64,000 nucleotides of DNA from Botryllus schlosseri (Eukaryota), in the NCBI GenBank assembly GCA_051294905.1, contig CM119371.1:19222001-19286000 (forward strand). The letters run 5' to 3'. Of this stretch, positions 1 through 12,483 are shown in pieces. The position numbers and the translations under genes are program-made. Within the stretch, counting starts at the first letter, position 1, and every line of letters starts with the position of its first letter. The notes below the pieces were generated by a model that saw nothing but the letters and a program-made list of their open reading frames with translations, had not been told where the DNA came from and did not search any database.

Positions 1-69
1 GGTTAGTGGCCCGCAGAATAGTTCGTCAATCGAATGTGGCGATTTGGCTGAAAAGGTTGGCCACCCCTG
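1..69 (-). mobile_element. End of hAT (Charlie-like) MITE, same family as 5887-6583
   Basis: TCGAATGTGGCGATTTGGCTGAAAAGGTTGGCCACCCCTG closely matches the reverse complement of the 5887 terminus CAGGGCTGGCCTACCTTTTCAGCCAAAGGGCCACATTCGA. Confidence 0.7.
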
Positions 70-199
70 TTCTAGTTGCTAGTTTAAAAAATTGCGCATT
101 TTGAAATTCCAGTACTTGCACAAGTCTGAGTGTTGTGGCTGGTTAAAAAAATTACCACAGCAACATTTGTACCAAACATGCATTTGCTGCATTCAAGTT

Positions 200-1491
200 G
201 TTCAGGATGACTTCATGATTGGGAGCCAGAGGGTTCCGTACTAGCCTACATAACTGATGACGCAGCCTATCCCTTTCAGCCCCGGCTCGCGAAAACAAAC
301 AGAGCATAAGCTAAAGCTAATTTCAAATATGTAATATAAATTTCCTTTCTGCTGCCCTTAAAATTCACAATTGCTTTTTCAGAAACTTAGCAAAGCACAC
401 ATGAAGGTTGAAAGATTTTGGTCGACTGAAGGCGCGGTGTTCGACTTTGCTCAGAAACTGCAATCCGCTAAGGCCAGAATGATACAGAGTATGGTATACG
501 CAATGAAGACAAGACCTGGTGGTGATCCAAGTATCGCTGGCCCAGACGTCGGAAATGCTCTGTGTGACTTTCTCAATAAACAATGCTCTTGCTTAACCAG
601 ATGTGTTTGTGCTGTTTCATTTTATTCGTGAGAGAAACTATAACTTAATGCACACTTGCACAGTTCCACCTTTTTCATCAGTATCCTCCATCTAGACCTG
701 CGAAAAGATCAAATTAAGTTATACTTGCCTAACATTGCATAACAAAGGAATGACTTGGTTGTAACAAGATAATGAAGGCAAAGGTGAAAACCTAATTATG
801 GCTTGGATGATGTGTGATGGTTTACCAGCCCGTTGGTACAATTTCAATTTTGGTTAGTGATTCAGAGCTAAGGACATCATTCTCTGTTGCGCTGCCACTA
901 TCAAAGCAGATGTTACTAAATCCCCTATTCAGTTGGCGTATATGACGGTGACTAACCTACGCACAGCATATCCGTGGTTAGAAACTTGCCTTTGATGTAA
1001 CAAATTTGGTAACGGTTAAGATCACCTACCAAATTAGTGTTGAAGTACTAAAGTTTTCAGGCAACTCACCCAATGCTGCATCATTTGGAGATGGTGTTCT
1101 ACCTTTTTAGCCGTGCTCTGTTTACAAAACTACAGAAAAAAGAAGTTGACTAGTAGTCAGTGACTACGTATTGTGGGCATACATAATATAAATCCAAGAA
1201 TAATGCATTCCCAACACCATTACACAAGAAGATCAAATGCCGCAGGTAGCTGGCCTCGAAATAGGAAGCAGCCTGAATGAACAGCGCGTTACCGTAACTA
1301 AATGTTTGATTGACGGCGTTCCGGGAACCCAGCTGCGCCATTCGTGTTCATACCCAGTTGGTCCCGTAAAAATCTCCGAAAATAAGCGCGTTCATACCGC
1401 CCCGAAAAACCAGTGTTATGTTCACATAGAGGGGTTCCGGTAAACATTTTCGAGAAATGTTATTCCCGGAACCCCGGTATGAAAAGGGCCC
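200..1491 (+). pseudogene. Decayed PIF/Harbinger element: transposase relic plus probable right terminus
   Basis: Frameshifted fragments YITDDAAYPFQPRLAK (~245-295) and KLSKAHMKVER/FGRLKARCSTLL (~383-460) resemble the GDxAYPL..WLMKP and LSxARxxVExAFGRLKxRW motifs. GGTATGAAAAGGGCC at 1476-1490 looks like a Harbinger terminus. Confidence 0.6.
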
Positions 1492-1811
1492 AAGATAGAT
1501 TCCCGGCGAAATCAGTCCGTCGCGGGATATGCTTGAGTAGAGGTACGGAATTGCGTATGTCGACTGTGGGGAGTGCTGCAATCGACCATTCTGGCGTACT
1601 AATTTACTGATTTTCCCCAATTGGTTTAGTTTTTGTTGGATTCTTGAGCATAGTGAGGCAGTGCTGCGTACTAGGGTCTAATATAACTTTTAACAATGCA
1701 CATTTATCAAAGTACCAACTAGCTGTGAGCAATGTTCCCTCTAAGCTGCGCACGTGCGCAAATGCGCAGTGCTGACCAAGCCCCGAACTACTGCCATCTC
1801 CGGCTAAGCAA

Positions 1812-2043
1812 ATTTGCGTTGTCACCATGTTACAGTTGCATTGTGGGGGATAGGCTGGACGACTTAGTACAGGCGCTTATGGAAAAACGTCCAGTTTTAA
1901 AATATATTTGATTCGTATTGGGTTTGTAGTATTTTATACGAATGGAGCTTTGAATGAATAATCATCATAACATTCAGGATTTGTTTCAGCCCAATATCTC
2001 GTGTTTATATCTGTGTTATCTGTGTATTTCGACATGTCGAAGA
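1812..2043 (+). repeat. Left subterminal inverted repeat of the P-like element (partner 12253-12483)
   Basis: Near-identical reverse complement of 12253-12483. Includes the THAP start ATG at 2034. Confidence 0.92.
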
Positions 2044-3567
2044 CATCTCGTTTTGGTGGTAGCGTTTGTTGCGCCTATGGGTGCAGTAAAAGGCAGAAAA
2101 AGATATCCACGGAGTCATATATGAGAAGTAATAGCGATGGTAGTAGCGATGAAGAGTCTTTGGTAAAGCGTCGGCATCCAAGAACATTTCACCGGTGAGT
2201 GAATGGCAGAATATGCAGGGCAACAAGACTATCTTTGAAGAATCAGTTTCTATATTTAATATTTCCTGACCATCACAGTTAATCAATGTCCAGATAAGCC
2301 ACAGCATTAATGAATAGGCCATGTTAAAGTGTCATTATACCAGAACATTTTGTCACAAGTATATGGATGTTGGTATGATCAGAGCAGACTCTATCAGCAG
2401 TCTCAGCACCATGTCAGTTCATCAGTATACCTGTAATAGCATGACCAGCCAGGTCACTGTTTGTATTCTGTATGGGCAGTTCAGCCAATAACTAGCTTAG
2501 TACTCAATCCTTGCCTAAAATTGTCGTGAAGGTAGGACTAGAAGGAAAGGTATAATTGAGGGCCACACGGTTTTGTCCAGCATAGTTGAGTAATAATTCT
2601 ATATTTCTGGTGCCAGATGCTCACACTAAAGTTCAAATTGCTAATTCCGTGGTCGAGTTCATTATAGCTTTGTGCGTGCGAGACGTTCGATTTGTCTCGT
2701 AAGATGTTCTTTTTAGGTTTACCTTTGGCTTTAGATTTAAAAGGTTACCTAATAGTTTATCCTTCTGGGGTAGAAAGTAACAGATATATCTAAATCAAAC
2801 AAGATAATTTCTCATATGTTCCTGCTACTTTTATCATCGTTCATAACAAAGAATGGTCAATTTGGTGTGCTTCGTATGATAGAATTACTTGTGAACTGAT
2901 ACAATGTTCTCTACAACGCAGCTTTCCTACCAATGATTCCCTGAAAGAAAGATGGATAGAATGTATTAGAAGAAAAGACTGGGAGCCAGCAAGATCGTCG
3001 GTCATCTGCTCTGATCATTTTTCAAAAAGTGATATTTACCGTGTTGGCGGGAGAATTCGTTTAAGGACGAATGCGGTGCCGACAAGATTTCTGAATTTTC
3101 CAAAATATATGAGGCCAAAGGTACGGTAGACACTAGACAGTGACTATATATTTATGAAGTTTGAGTTCCAATTACTATACCTTTATTTTAGCCCTAGTTA
3201 ACATAAAATTCACAAATTTCAGGCTTCAAACAACCGACGAGTGAGACCTTCTGCAGTTCCAGATAAGAAACGGCATTATGAAGCACAAACCGCTGAACCT
3301 GAAGTAGTTCTTCACGACCACAGCTACTGTGCGCCCACGTCTCCTCGAAAAGTCGTTCAACAGCAACGCCGTAGGGTCGCAGAAATTAAAAAGAGGTTGG
3401 TTGCAGCCAGAATGAGAACATACCGTCTGCAAAAAAAAGTGAAATCTCTGGATGAGGTCATTGCATCTCTTAAGAAGAACAATTTGATAAGCGATTCGTG
3501 TGTGGAGGTAATGTCACAAAAATTCAGTGGTCTACCAAGTTGTGTCTCCAGAGTCGTAATGTCATGA
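2034..3567 (+). CDS. THAP-domain protein (N-terminal part of a P-element/THAP9-like transposase); exons 2034-2194, 2922-3120, 3223-3567
   Basis: Spliced product: CCAYGCS...FHRFP..W..W..ICSDHF..LRTNAVPT (C2CH THAP motif), then DHSY and a coiled coil (RLQKKVKSLDEVIASLKKNNLIS). GT-AG introns join in phase; stop at 3565-3567 precedes any catalytic domain. Confidence 0.85.
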
Positions 3568-4040
3568 TAATATAAATTATGTGGAAAGCTCAAATCTTTA
3601 TGTTTGAAAAAATTCCAAGAGTTGGTTCTATCTATAGAACATATTTAGGTGTTTTTTCGATCATGCGTATTTTATAGGCTTCCATTAAAATATATTCTCT
3701 ACTAGCACAGATTGGGCATTAATGTTATTTCATTAAGCTGGTTCTGTTACGGCGATTGACACCTTTGCCATATGTTCAATAATGAGGCTCAAGGTGATTC
3801 AATTGTTGAATTACCTTCACCCTTCCGTTGAAAAAGAAAATGACAATTCGTTACCGCTTTCCGATGTTGTCGTTGAGAAGGTGGATAACAATTTTGTTAC
3901 ATCCCAGCAAACACTCGATGTCCAGTTGACTTCCGGTGGAATAGCTGGCAGGACATCCGGTTACTTCCGGCCGTTACCTCCCTGGAGTGGGTTTGTCGAC
4001 AACTAGAGATGTCCTGTCCACTCGCTGAGTACGTCCGCAA

Positions 4041-4239
4041 TGACGTGCTGTGGACATGGAGAGACTCGTCATGGACGCGTCTGACCTAGCCTGGACGTCA
4101 CGTGGTTCCCTATGGACGCGCCTGACGTACTGTGGACATGACGCCACTTCCTATGGACACGCTTGACGTACTGTGGATATGACGTCACTCCCTATGGACA
4201 CGCCTGACGTACTGTGGACATGACGCCACTCCCTATGGA
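4041..4239 (+). repeat. 41-bp tandem repeat, about 5 copies (subterminal repeats of the CACTA-like element)
   Basis: TGACGTACTGTGGACATGACGCCACT(T/C)CCTATGGACACGC(T/C) units start at 4041, 4082, 4123, 4164 and 4205. Confidence 0.85.
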
Positions 4240-4459
4240 AGTGTCATTCGCCCCCTTTATCATCTCCACTCCATATCTGGTTCAACGCCTCACGACTAAC
4301 AACATGGGATACAACATCATATCAGCTCACACACAGCGTATATTGGGTGAGTGGGGAATGAAACTGGCAAAATACAAATACGATATTGGTTATTATCAAC
4401 GAAACTACATCTAATTTACGAAACACAAAATGTGAAATAATGCGAGAACTACTACCACT

Positions 4460-4730
4460 TAACACAGTCAAGGCTAAAGTAAAAAATCATATTGCGACAA
4501 GCAATCACAGAAAATGTGTCACAGGAGTTTAGCAAACAGCAACTGCTAATACCACTCAAACTAATGACAAATAGTCAAAGTAAAAAAGCATTAATTACAT
4601 AAAAAAGGTGTCACAGGAATATAAGACACTGCAACTGTTGGGACAACTTGAAGCTAATGGAACAGTCCATGTGCAAAAGATTGATGAAATGAAAGAATGG
4701 TATCGCAGGAATAAAGTAACCGCAACAATT
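4460..4730 (+). repeat. Degenerate ~92-bp tandem repeat, about 3 copies
   Basis: GTGTCACAGGA at 4516 and 4608, GTATCGCAGGA at ~4700, each followed by a GCAAC motif. Confidence 0.55.
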
Positions 4731-5886
4731 TAAAACGAGCATTACAAAAAGCGTTCAGTAAAAATTCACTCTCCAAGAATTAAATCTATGCACCGTTTGC
4801 GGATGTCGAGTGCCTGATTGCCTATTCTTTTTCTTCGTCAATCACAAGTGGCTGCACCAAAACGTTTTTTCTCTGCGCTTGTGGCTGAAATATATACAGC
4901 AATGTCAGTGAATTCCGTATGTTGCCTATTTCTGCTCGAAGTAGTTATACAACGCCTTGGAAAGTGCTACATATGCTTCACTACATATTTACGTTACTTT
5001 CCGGTACATGTCCGCTTGAGAACTAACTCCTGTTCGACGAAGACCACTTCTTGAGTACTTATCAACTTATATTTCTACTTCCACTTGAAATAATCTTGAC
5101 ATACCTTGAAAATTGCTACTTCGACTTCAGTTGAAATTTATGATGTTACTTCTACTTCAGCTTAAGTATCAAAAATGACTACTTTTACTTCGGCTACCCA
5201 TGTTCGGACCATTACATGGTAAAAGAATGAAACATTACAACCAAATCTACCATTTTCAAACAACTCGAGTACCTTTCAACTTCAATTTCAACTTGGAGTA
5301 GTTTTAACATACTTCGTAAATCATTACATACTCCAGTATAAATTCCTGTTACTTCTACTTCCACTAGAGTCCCAACGTTGAATACTTCAATTTGTTAAAT
5401 GCCACTTACGGTTATATGCAAAAATCAAGCGACACCTCGACCAAATTTACGACATCACCCTAACGGCTTCCTTGAGGTAGGTTTAACATGTCTTGTAAAC
5501 CACCACATATATTTCACTAGAAATTATGTACTACTTGAGCAGCACTGACTACTTTTACCTCGACTACCCATGTTGGCAAGAAGCCAAATTCCATTACATC
5601 AGGGCTGTCAAACATACAGACCGCCCAGCAATTCTGCATAGATTGAACAATGCTTGTTTGATGCAATGCAACGTTTGAAATTTCCGTAATAAATACTTCC
5701 ATTAAATAATCCCTCAACACTGCATATATCGAGTGCGGAAAAAATGCATATTGCGTTCCGAGTTCTATGAAAAAATTACCAAAAACAGAAGCACAAACGC
5801 CAAAACGGAACTGATACATGCAAGTTACGTGGTGAAGACAATAGTTTCACAAAAATATAATTACAATATCTGTGGTCGCACTAGTG

Positions 5887-6583
5887 CAGGGCTGGCCTAC
5901 CTTTTCAGCCAAAGGGCCACATTCGAACGCCGAAATATTGCGCGGGCCACTAGCCGCGCGAAAAGTTTTCGAAGTTCATAGCTCAATAATATTGTCACTT
6001 GACTATATTGCGGACCTGCAGTATATCGCTGGGCTCAGTTTGCCAGGACTGGACTATTCAGCGCCTGGACATATCAATTTCGAAAGCTTCGACCAACATG
6101 CATCAATCATTTTGTGCCTAGGTTTCATAGTCGACGGTCTTTCTGCGAGCGCAAACGCTAGGTCGCATATGTTGAACGACACTTTGTCTCGTAATCGAGA
6201 ATATAGTTAGACTCAATCTGATACATTAGGCGTTAATTCATTTTCAAAAAGGGGTAACAATATTAAAAGCAAGAAATCGAATGACTACATGTTGCGCGAA
6301 GCGTGTAGAAAATATTTACTTTTCATAAATTTATCGCAAATTATTCTGCTTTGTAGTGTACGAAGATCTACCAAAGTGTGACTGGCTCATGGAAATGCCA
6401 ATGCGTCGTAACTGATATTTTAGTCATCACATCTCAAGTGTTGCGGCGAGACTAATCAAATATTTGGTTGGCCTTGCAAGTTCACAATCTGTGCAATTCA
6501 TTTTTTTTTATAACATTACCAAGTTCGGAAATTACCTCGCGGGCCACTCAAAACCTTCCCGGGCCATGGGTTGGCCAACCCTG
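5887..6583 (+). mobile_element. hAT (Charlie-like) MITE
   Basis: TIR CAGGGCTGGCC and GGCCAACCCTG. TSD CACTAGTG/CACCAGTG (7/8). Confidence 0.8.
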
Positions 6584-6894
6584 CACCAGTGCATCACAAA
6601 AGACTCAAATGATACCTGGCCTTGAGGGAAACCTGAATCACTATTTAAGACGATGAAGAAAATTTCAACGTCCGCGTTTACAGTAACATACTTTGTCTAC
6701 CTCAACGCATACCCAGGTTTGCCGCAGTGTTCGAGTAAATTATAGGTAGCATAGAAAAATACCGACTTACATCATTGTTAGAAGAGCTACTGTTTTATTG
6801 ATTTTAACTGTATTTTGCCGCCAAATCACCATATTATTGACAATTCCATTGTTTGCGAATATAGGTGCAGCTAGAATAGAACCTATATGATCCG

Positions 6895-7538
6895 AAATCG
6901 CGAAATTTTTTCAAAGTTAATGAATGAATTCTGGCAATAATAATGTTGCATATATTGTGGGTCACCTCTGTATACCGCTGGGCTCAATTGACCAGATCTG
7001 TGTACCGCAGGGCATAATTGACCAAGACACGAATAATCGAAGATTTCAGTGAACATGTGTCTATCATTTTGCGCAAAGGTTTCATCAACGACTATTTTTC
7101 AGCGAGTGCAGGCGCGAAGTCGCATGTAGGACAAGTTCTCACATAATTGCGAATATAGTTGAGCTCAATTCCGTAGATTGGGCGCATATTTAATTTTCAT
7201 GAGAGGGAAACAATACTATAAAAGCTACAAATCGAGTGACAATAAATCGTGCGAAGAGCTAAGAAAAATATCAAGTCAAATAAATCTGCGACAAAATATT
7301 CTACTTTATGTTCATATACGAAAATGTGGATGGCCCCTGGCTACGCCAATGCGTCGGAACTAATATTTTCGTCATCAACATCTCAAAGTTTGCGGTCAGG
7401 ATAATCAAATTTTCGTTGGTCTTGCAAGCTCACAATAAATTACCTGCCTAATTTATTTCTTGATATTGCAATTTATTTCGATAATTAACTCGCGGGCCAC
7501 TGAAAACCTTCTCGCGAGCCACGGGTTGGCTACTCCTG
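6895..7538 (+). mobile_element. Older, 5'-truncated copy of the 5887-6583 MITE family
   Basis: Colinear similarity (e.g. CGCTGGGCTCA, GCCAATGCGTCG, CTCGCGGGCCACT), ending GGTTGGCTACTCCTG. Confidence 0.7.
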
Positions 7539-7805
7539 ACCGAGATCAAATCTACTCTATGAAACAAATTACAAGATTTCTTTCTAACTCAATTTTCTGC
7601 TTGTACTGGAAGCAGCTTTTACATGCCTTATAGATCTCTACATACACTCGATTAGAAATTTGATGCTTTGCTTGGGTTCCAATGCTGATCATCTTCAACA
7701 TAAAGATACGCGCTAGTCAACATGGATATACGTTGACTGCCTATATTCAGAAATAGTCACGATTTCGTGGCAAGATGATGGTAAAACCTTGACCAAATTT
7801 ACTTA

Positions 7806-7980
7806 CAGAAAATGATATTATACGGGCACCACTTGTTCTGTGCTCTTTTTTGTCAAGTTGAAGCCCATGATGTATTTAAGTACTTCATTATGTTGACGGT
7901 ACACTACACAATTTATAATGCATTCTTCGTGCAGTCTGCTTGACGTGGTCATCACCAACGGCGGACATTGCTGATATCTA
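7806..7980 (-). pseudogene. Possible decayed DUF4806-like exon of the CACTA-like element
   Basis: After acceptor TTTTACCTAG: ISAMSAVGDDHVKQTARRMHYKLCS, similar to IIGFSSVGGDNIGQTVRFILKKVAS at 39888. Stops follow; GTAAGT donor at the other end. Confidence 0.4.
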
Positions 7981-10900
7981 GGTAAAAAATCAGAATGGTT
8001 GTATTCAAGTCATCTGACAGTACGAAAAACAAAAACAAACCGATGCGGGTGCAATCATGCTGCCTATAGTACATTTACACACTAATCAGTTATCAGGTTA
8101 CTGTTGGCGAGAATATTGGCTACTGTGAATCACCCAGAATATGATTACGTCATCAATGGTAATTCGATAATTCATTTTGATAGCCGAGAGTCGCTGGGCG
8201 ATAAAGGCCAAACCGCGGCTCTGAGTTGAGGGTTTGATTGCGGCACATGCATTTCCTCAACTTGAAGAGGGAGTCAACATAATCTTAAATAATGCCTTCT
8301 ATCACGTTTAGACAATATGCTTGTATATTAACATCAGTTGTCACGCGAGCATTTATATCTGATCACGCCGATTAATGGATTATGCTGACATCACAAAGCG
8401 ATATCATAGTCCAGATGCAGAATAAGGCGCTTGCGCTTTACAATGAACGCAAGCAACCGTGGCATTTGCGCAACAGCGAATATACGGTGTAACTTTAGTC
8501 CGGTGTATACCAGGTCTGTTTCAGCACATATTGTCGTTCAAAAGTAATTAAGTATCGAATCGGAGCGAAAAATATTTCCGCCACGCGAATGAAAGTTTTC
8601 AATCACGCGAGAAATGTGTCTGTCACGCACAACATGTTGTCGAAAACAACCACCGATTCCAGTCTGGGGTGCGGCTATATATACAGGGTGAATTTGGCCA
8701 CGGCAAGAGCGTATCATGTACTACAAAGGGGCATAGTCATTAATAATGAACTATACATAATAATCAATCATGGTATCCTATCAAAGTATAACTTGCACTT
8801 GTTCATAATCAATTACTCATTTAGGTTGTATATGGCCATGGGACATACTTTTCAGCAAATGTACTCATTTTATCAGGTTTTTGAAGGAAAAGTCAGCAGA
8901 ATACTTTCAGCAAGAGTTGTTAATTGGGAATAATCCACAATGGCGGCAATCAGTCTCAGGCGCAACCTAACTGGTACAATCCATATAGAGTTAGCCAGTG
9001 ATCAAGCAATATATAAATGCCTTATTACATAAATTACTATGGTATGACCGCGCAAATACATGAGATATTTTTATCACTATCTTGAGGAACATTCAGTCTA
9101 CCGACCAGCAAAACATTGCTATTGGAATGAATCAGCAAATAGGTGTTTATGGCGTTTCAATCATACTGCAGCGTGTTCACACTTCACAGTATGGCGTATC
9201 TGCATTCCAAGAAATAACGAGGCGTAACAAACAATGAGTGTTCTACCATATATCGATATTGAACACAAACTATCAACGAAAAAGGAGAAGCTAAATTACG
9301 CTCACAAGAAGTGTATACGGTGGTTAAGTCTATTTACGCATCATTCTATATCATTATTAATTAGAACTCTTACCATTTCAAACTGTTTCACTGTTGGAGC
9401 GGTTCGGGTAGAGTTTCTGAATCAACAACACTAACAACAGAGAGCAAGTCTTCAGCTTTCGCTTCGTACAGCTTCTCAATCTAATCAATGACTAATGACT
9501 GTTTTGTCTGCGTCCATTATCTCTAAGAAACTCGTCGCATCAGTCACACAGACATCAACTCAGATTCAAATGCCAGAAGCACGCGCCGTCGCGCTGCACT
9601 GAGCAGGTATCACGTGACGGAGAAGGAAGAAGGCTGTCTGGGCCGCGATTGTTGAGATACCAGACTTGACGTGTTGTGTGCTACGAATGGTCAATTGGTC
9701 ATGGCGTATCATGCTTACTGAATCACGTTGTGATGCCGCCACATGCATCACAATTTCACCTTGATGCTCACATTTGTACTTGTATTTCACCATATTGGGA
9801 TAGTATACATATTCAGAACACGTATTTCGCCATGATGTGCACTGTGCAGTTGTGCAGGTGCAGGTGCACGCCTGGGTCCTGCTATATGCCTCTTTAGGCC
9901 TATAGTTCAGCTTATTAACAATTTCATTAAATCAATACAAAGCAGGATTGCGATATATTTAAAAAAAAACAGTACACCAATAAATGGCTATAAATTATAG
10001 CCTATATGTCTTACGATTTCGTCCGCGAGATGTGCATGTGCATCCCACGTGGGGATGAATAATGATAATATGCCATTTTGAACACAGAGAGAGAGAGAGT
10101 CTTTATTTTAAACAAGCCAGCTGGACTCCATGAAAACGATATCCAAGTAGGGGCATCCTGATGAACTCCCATGTACGTGGCATCCAGGTGACTGACTACC
10201 ATGACATCCTCTGGAATATTCATTGGTGACGGGAATAGGAAGATTCTAAAAATTTCTTCCACTGGAATTCACCTGGAGTTACATAACTGGATGTCCAATT
10301 TGTGACAAACTGAGCAAGTCCTCAGTAACTAACCTTGGGAGGTGGGACGAGTTGGAACAATTGTGGACATACCAGTAAATCCATGGGATATCGAGTGTTT
10401 GCTGGGATCTGTCATCCTTTTATCATTAGGCTGCATTCAGTGTCCAATACCTTTAGCGGTTAACTGTCAATATATAATTTATATGATATGTGCTCTGGTA
10501 CACAGATGTAACTATCGCTTTATTCCATACTTGCTCGTGGCTGTTTTCTTTTCCATTCAAAGGTTCTGGAATCGACTATCGTTAAGCTGTAAAGCCAACC
10601 CTGCGTCGCCAGAGAGAATATTTACATACCCAACTCTTACTTCGAACCCACGGAAGACACCGGCTAACCCACTGAATGAGGTGAGGCCACTTTCTTCGTA
10701 TGCCGTAGACTTTTCATTATTGTAATTCTGTACTCACAGTTTTTGGTATCTTTACAGATAATAAGAAAACAAAGAAGGGAGCAAGTCTAGCCAACACATA
10801 CTTCAAACCCGTAGAAGACACCGGCTAACACACTTTCTTTACTATTTTATACGCATTTTGATATAAAAACGTTGTCGTGACATCAAGGTATGTCGATCAA

Positions 10901-12252
10901 TGTGTCTTCAAGTGAACAATTTCTCATATGTTAGTTCATTTATCTTGAACAGTGCCCCAAAACGACGTCGTCGTCGTAGGACCCGTAGTGGGGTGGCCTT
11001 CAATGTGACTGTGCCTGTGCCGCGTAAGAAGAGAAGAAATTCCATTAAATTGGAACTAAGATCAGAATCGCTTCGTTTATTATACCTCGTTCGCAGATAT
11101 TAAGCCCTAACTTATCCCACATTTGACTTTCAGATCACCGTTAATTACGCCGAAGGCGACGTAAAGTCGATAACAATTAATTTATTTCTGTTTTTATTTT
11201 TTATGTTGTTATTTTAATAGAAAAATTCGTTTCTCATAACCGAAGCTGGTGTTTCTGAAAACGAGAGTTCAGCATTTTGGTACGAGACAGTACAGCGCGG
11301 TATTTCGTGTGACGAGGCAGTACAGCGCGTTATTGGTTGTGACCACAGAAATGGTTGATCTAAAGCAAGGTTCGAGTGCTTCATCTAGTAGGGTAGGCAA
11401 GTATCGTGGGCAAAAAAACTGAGTTGGAATGTTCACATCTCCAGTTAGTTTTGAATCTAAACTAATTTCTGGTTTCATGAAAGTGCAAAACGAGCCAAAG
11501 CTTCATGTACACACGTATATGGGTAGCTATAGGTGTAATTATGATAAAATACATGTACGCCATTTAGATTGTATCTTGTGCCGTTTTGATTCGATAAAAT
11601 TAATATTTATTATGAACTCCCAAAGTGCACAGATTGCTGTTACAACCAACATAGCCCCAATTTCACTGTGAATTGGGCAATTCTAGCTACATCTGAATAA
11701 GGACCCATGCATTTCTTGTTTCTCTCATTCAATGAACTCATTCAGTCACTTCTACAGAAATCACTACCCCATCGCCACACATAGCAGACATATCTTTACT
11801 TTCTCTTTTTTGGATTTATTTAAATACTCTGAACCAATAAATACGTAGAATAACCACAATGGCATTCAGTTGATTTCAGCAGTGCCTTTTGATATGTCCC
11901 ATGATGCTGAATTTTCTCCATCAGCAATATTCACAGCTGGCAGTTATAGCATTCACATCAGCTCCATTGAAGTATGAAGATTTTGAATCCAGGATAGGTA
12001 ATTCCGAGGCACGCTCCGATAATAACTTCAAGCTGACAATCGTAGATGCTTTTACTTCCTATAGATACATATATCTGAAAGATAACTGAACTGGCATTAT
12101 ACATCTTTTGACAGCTTGGTTATTTCTGTACACGTAAAATATGCTGGATACAACGAGTAAAGCAATCTACATCAGGAATATAACCACAAAAAAATACATA
12201 CGATGACACATAGACAACCTTATTTTACCACGAACAGTCGAAACCACTTATA

Positions 12253-12483
12253 TCTTCGACATGTCGAAATACACAGATAACACAGATATAAACACGAGAT
12301 ATTGGGCTGAAACAAATCCTGAATGTTACGATGATTATTCATTCAAAGCTCCATTCGTATAAAATACTACAAACCCAATACGAATCAAATATATTTTAGA
12401 ACTGGACGTTTTTCCATAAGCTCCTGCACTAAATCGTCCAGTATATCCCCCACAATGCAACTGTTTCTAGTGACAACGTAAAT
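12253..12483 (-). repeat. Right subterminal inverted repeat of the P-like element
   Basis: Reverse complement of 1812-2043. Its ATG reads MSKI*. Confidence 0.92.

Larger units (their letters stand above)
3903..10406. mobile_element. CACTA/EnSpm-like element with CCCAG termini nested in the P-like element
   Basis: 17-bp TIR CCCAGCAAACACTCGAT and ATCGAGTGTTTGCTGGG, 2-bp TSD AT (3901-3902, 10407-10408), subterminal GGACAT/ATGTCC-rich repeats. Confidence 0.8.

Noticed and set aside
4041..4239. 41-bp repeats as a CRISPR array or solo LTR
   Set aside because: Units are contiguous with no unique spacers, no cas genes, eukaryotic context, and no TG...CA pair with a TSD. They are explained as CACTA subterminal repeats.
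9600..9680. RRRKKAVWAAIVE as a Myb/SANT remnant
   Set aside because: Too short and interrupted by stops.
11900..12060. Minus-strand NGADVNA ankyrin-like snippet; a second gene from the right inverted repeat
   Set aside because: Bounded by stops, no TPLH motif, and the mirrored ATG reads only MSKI*.
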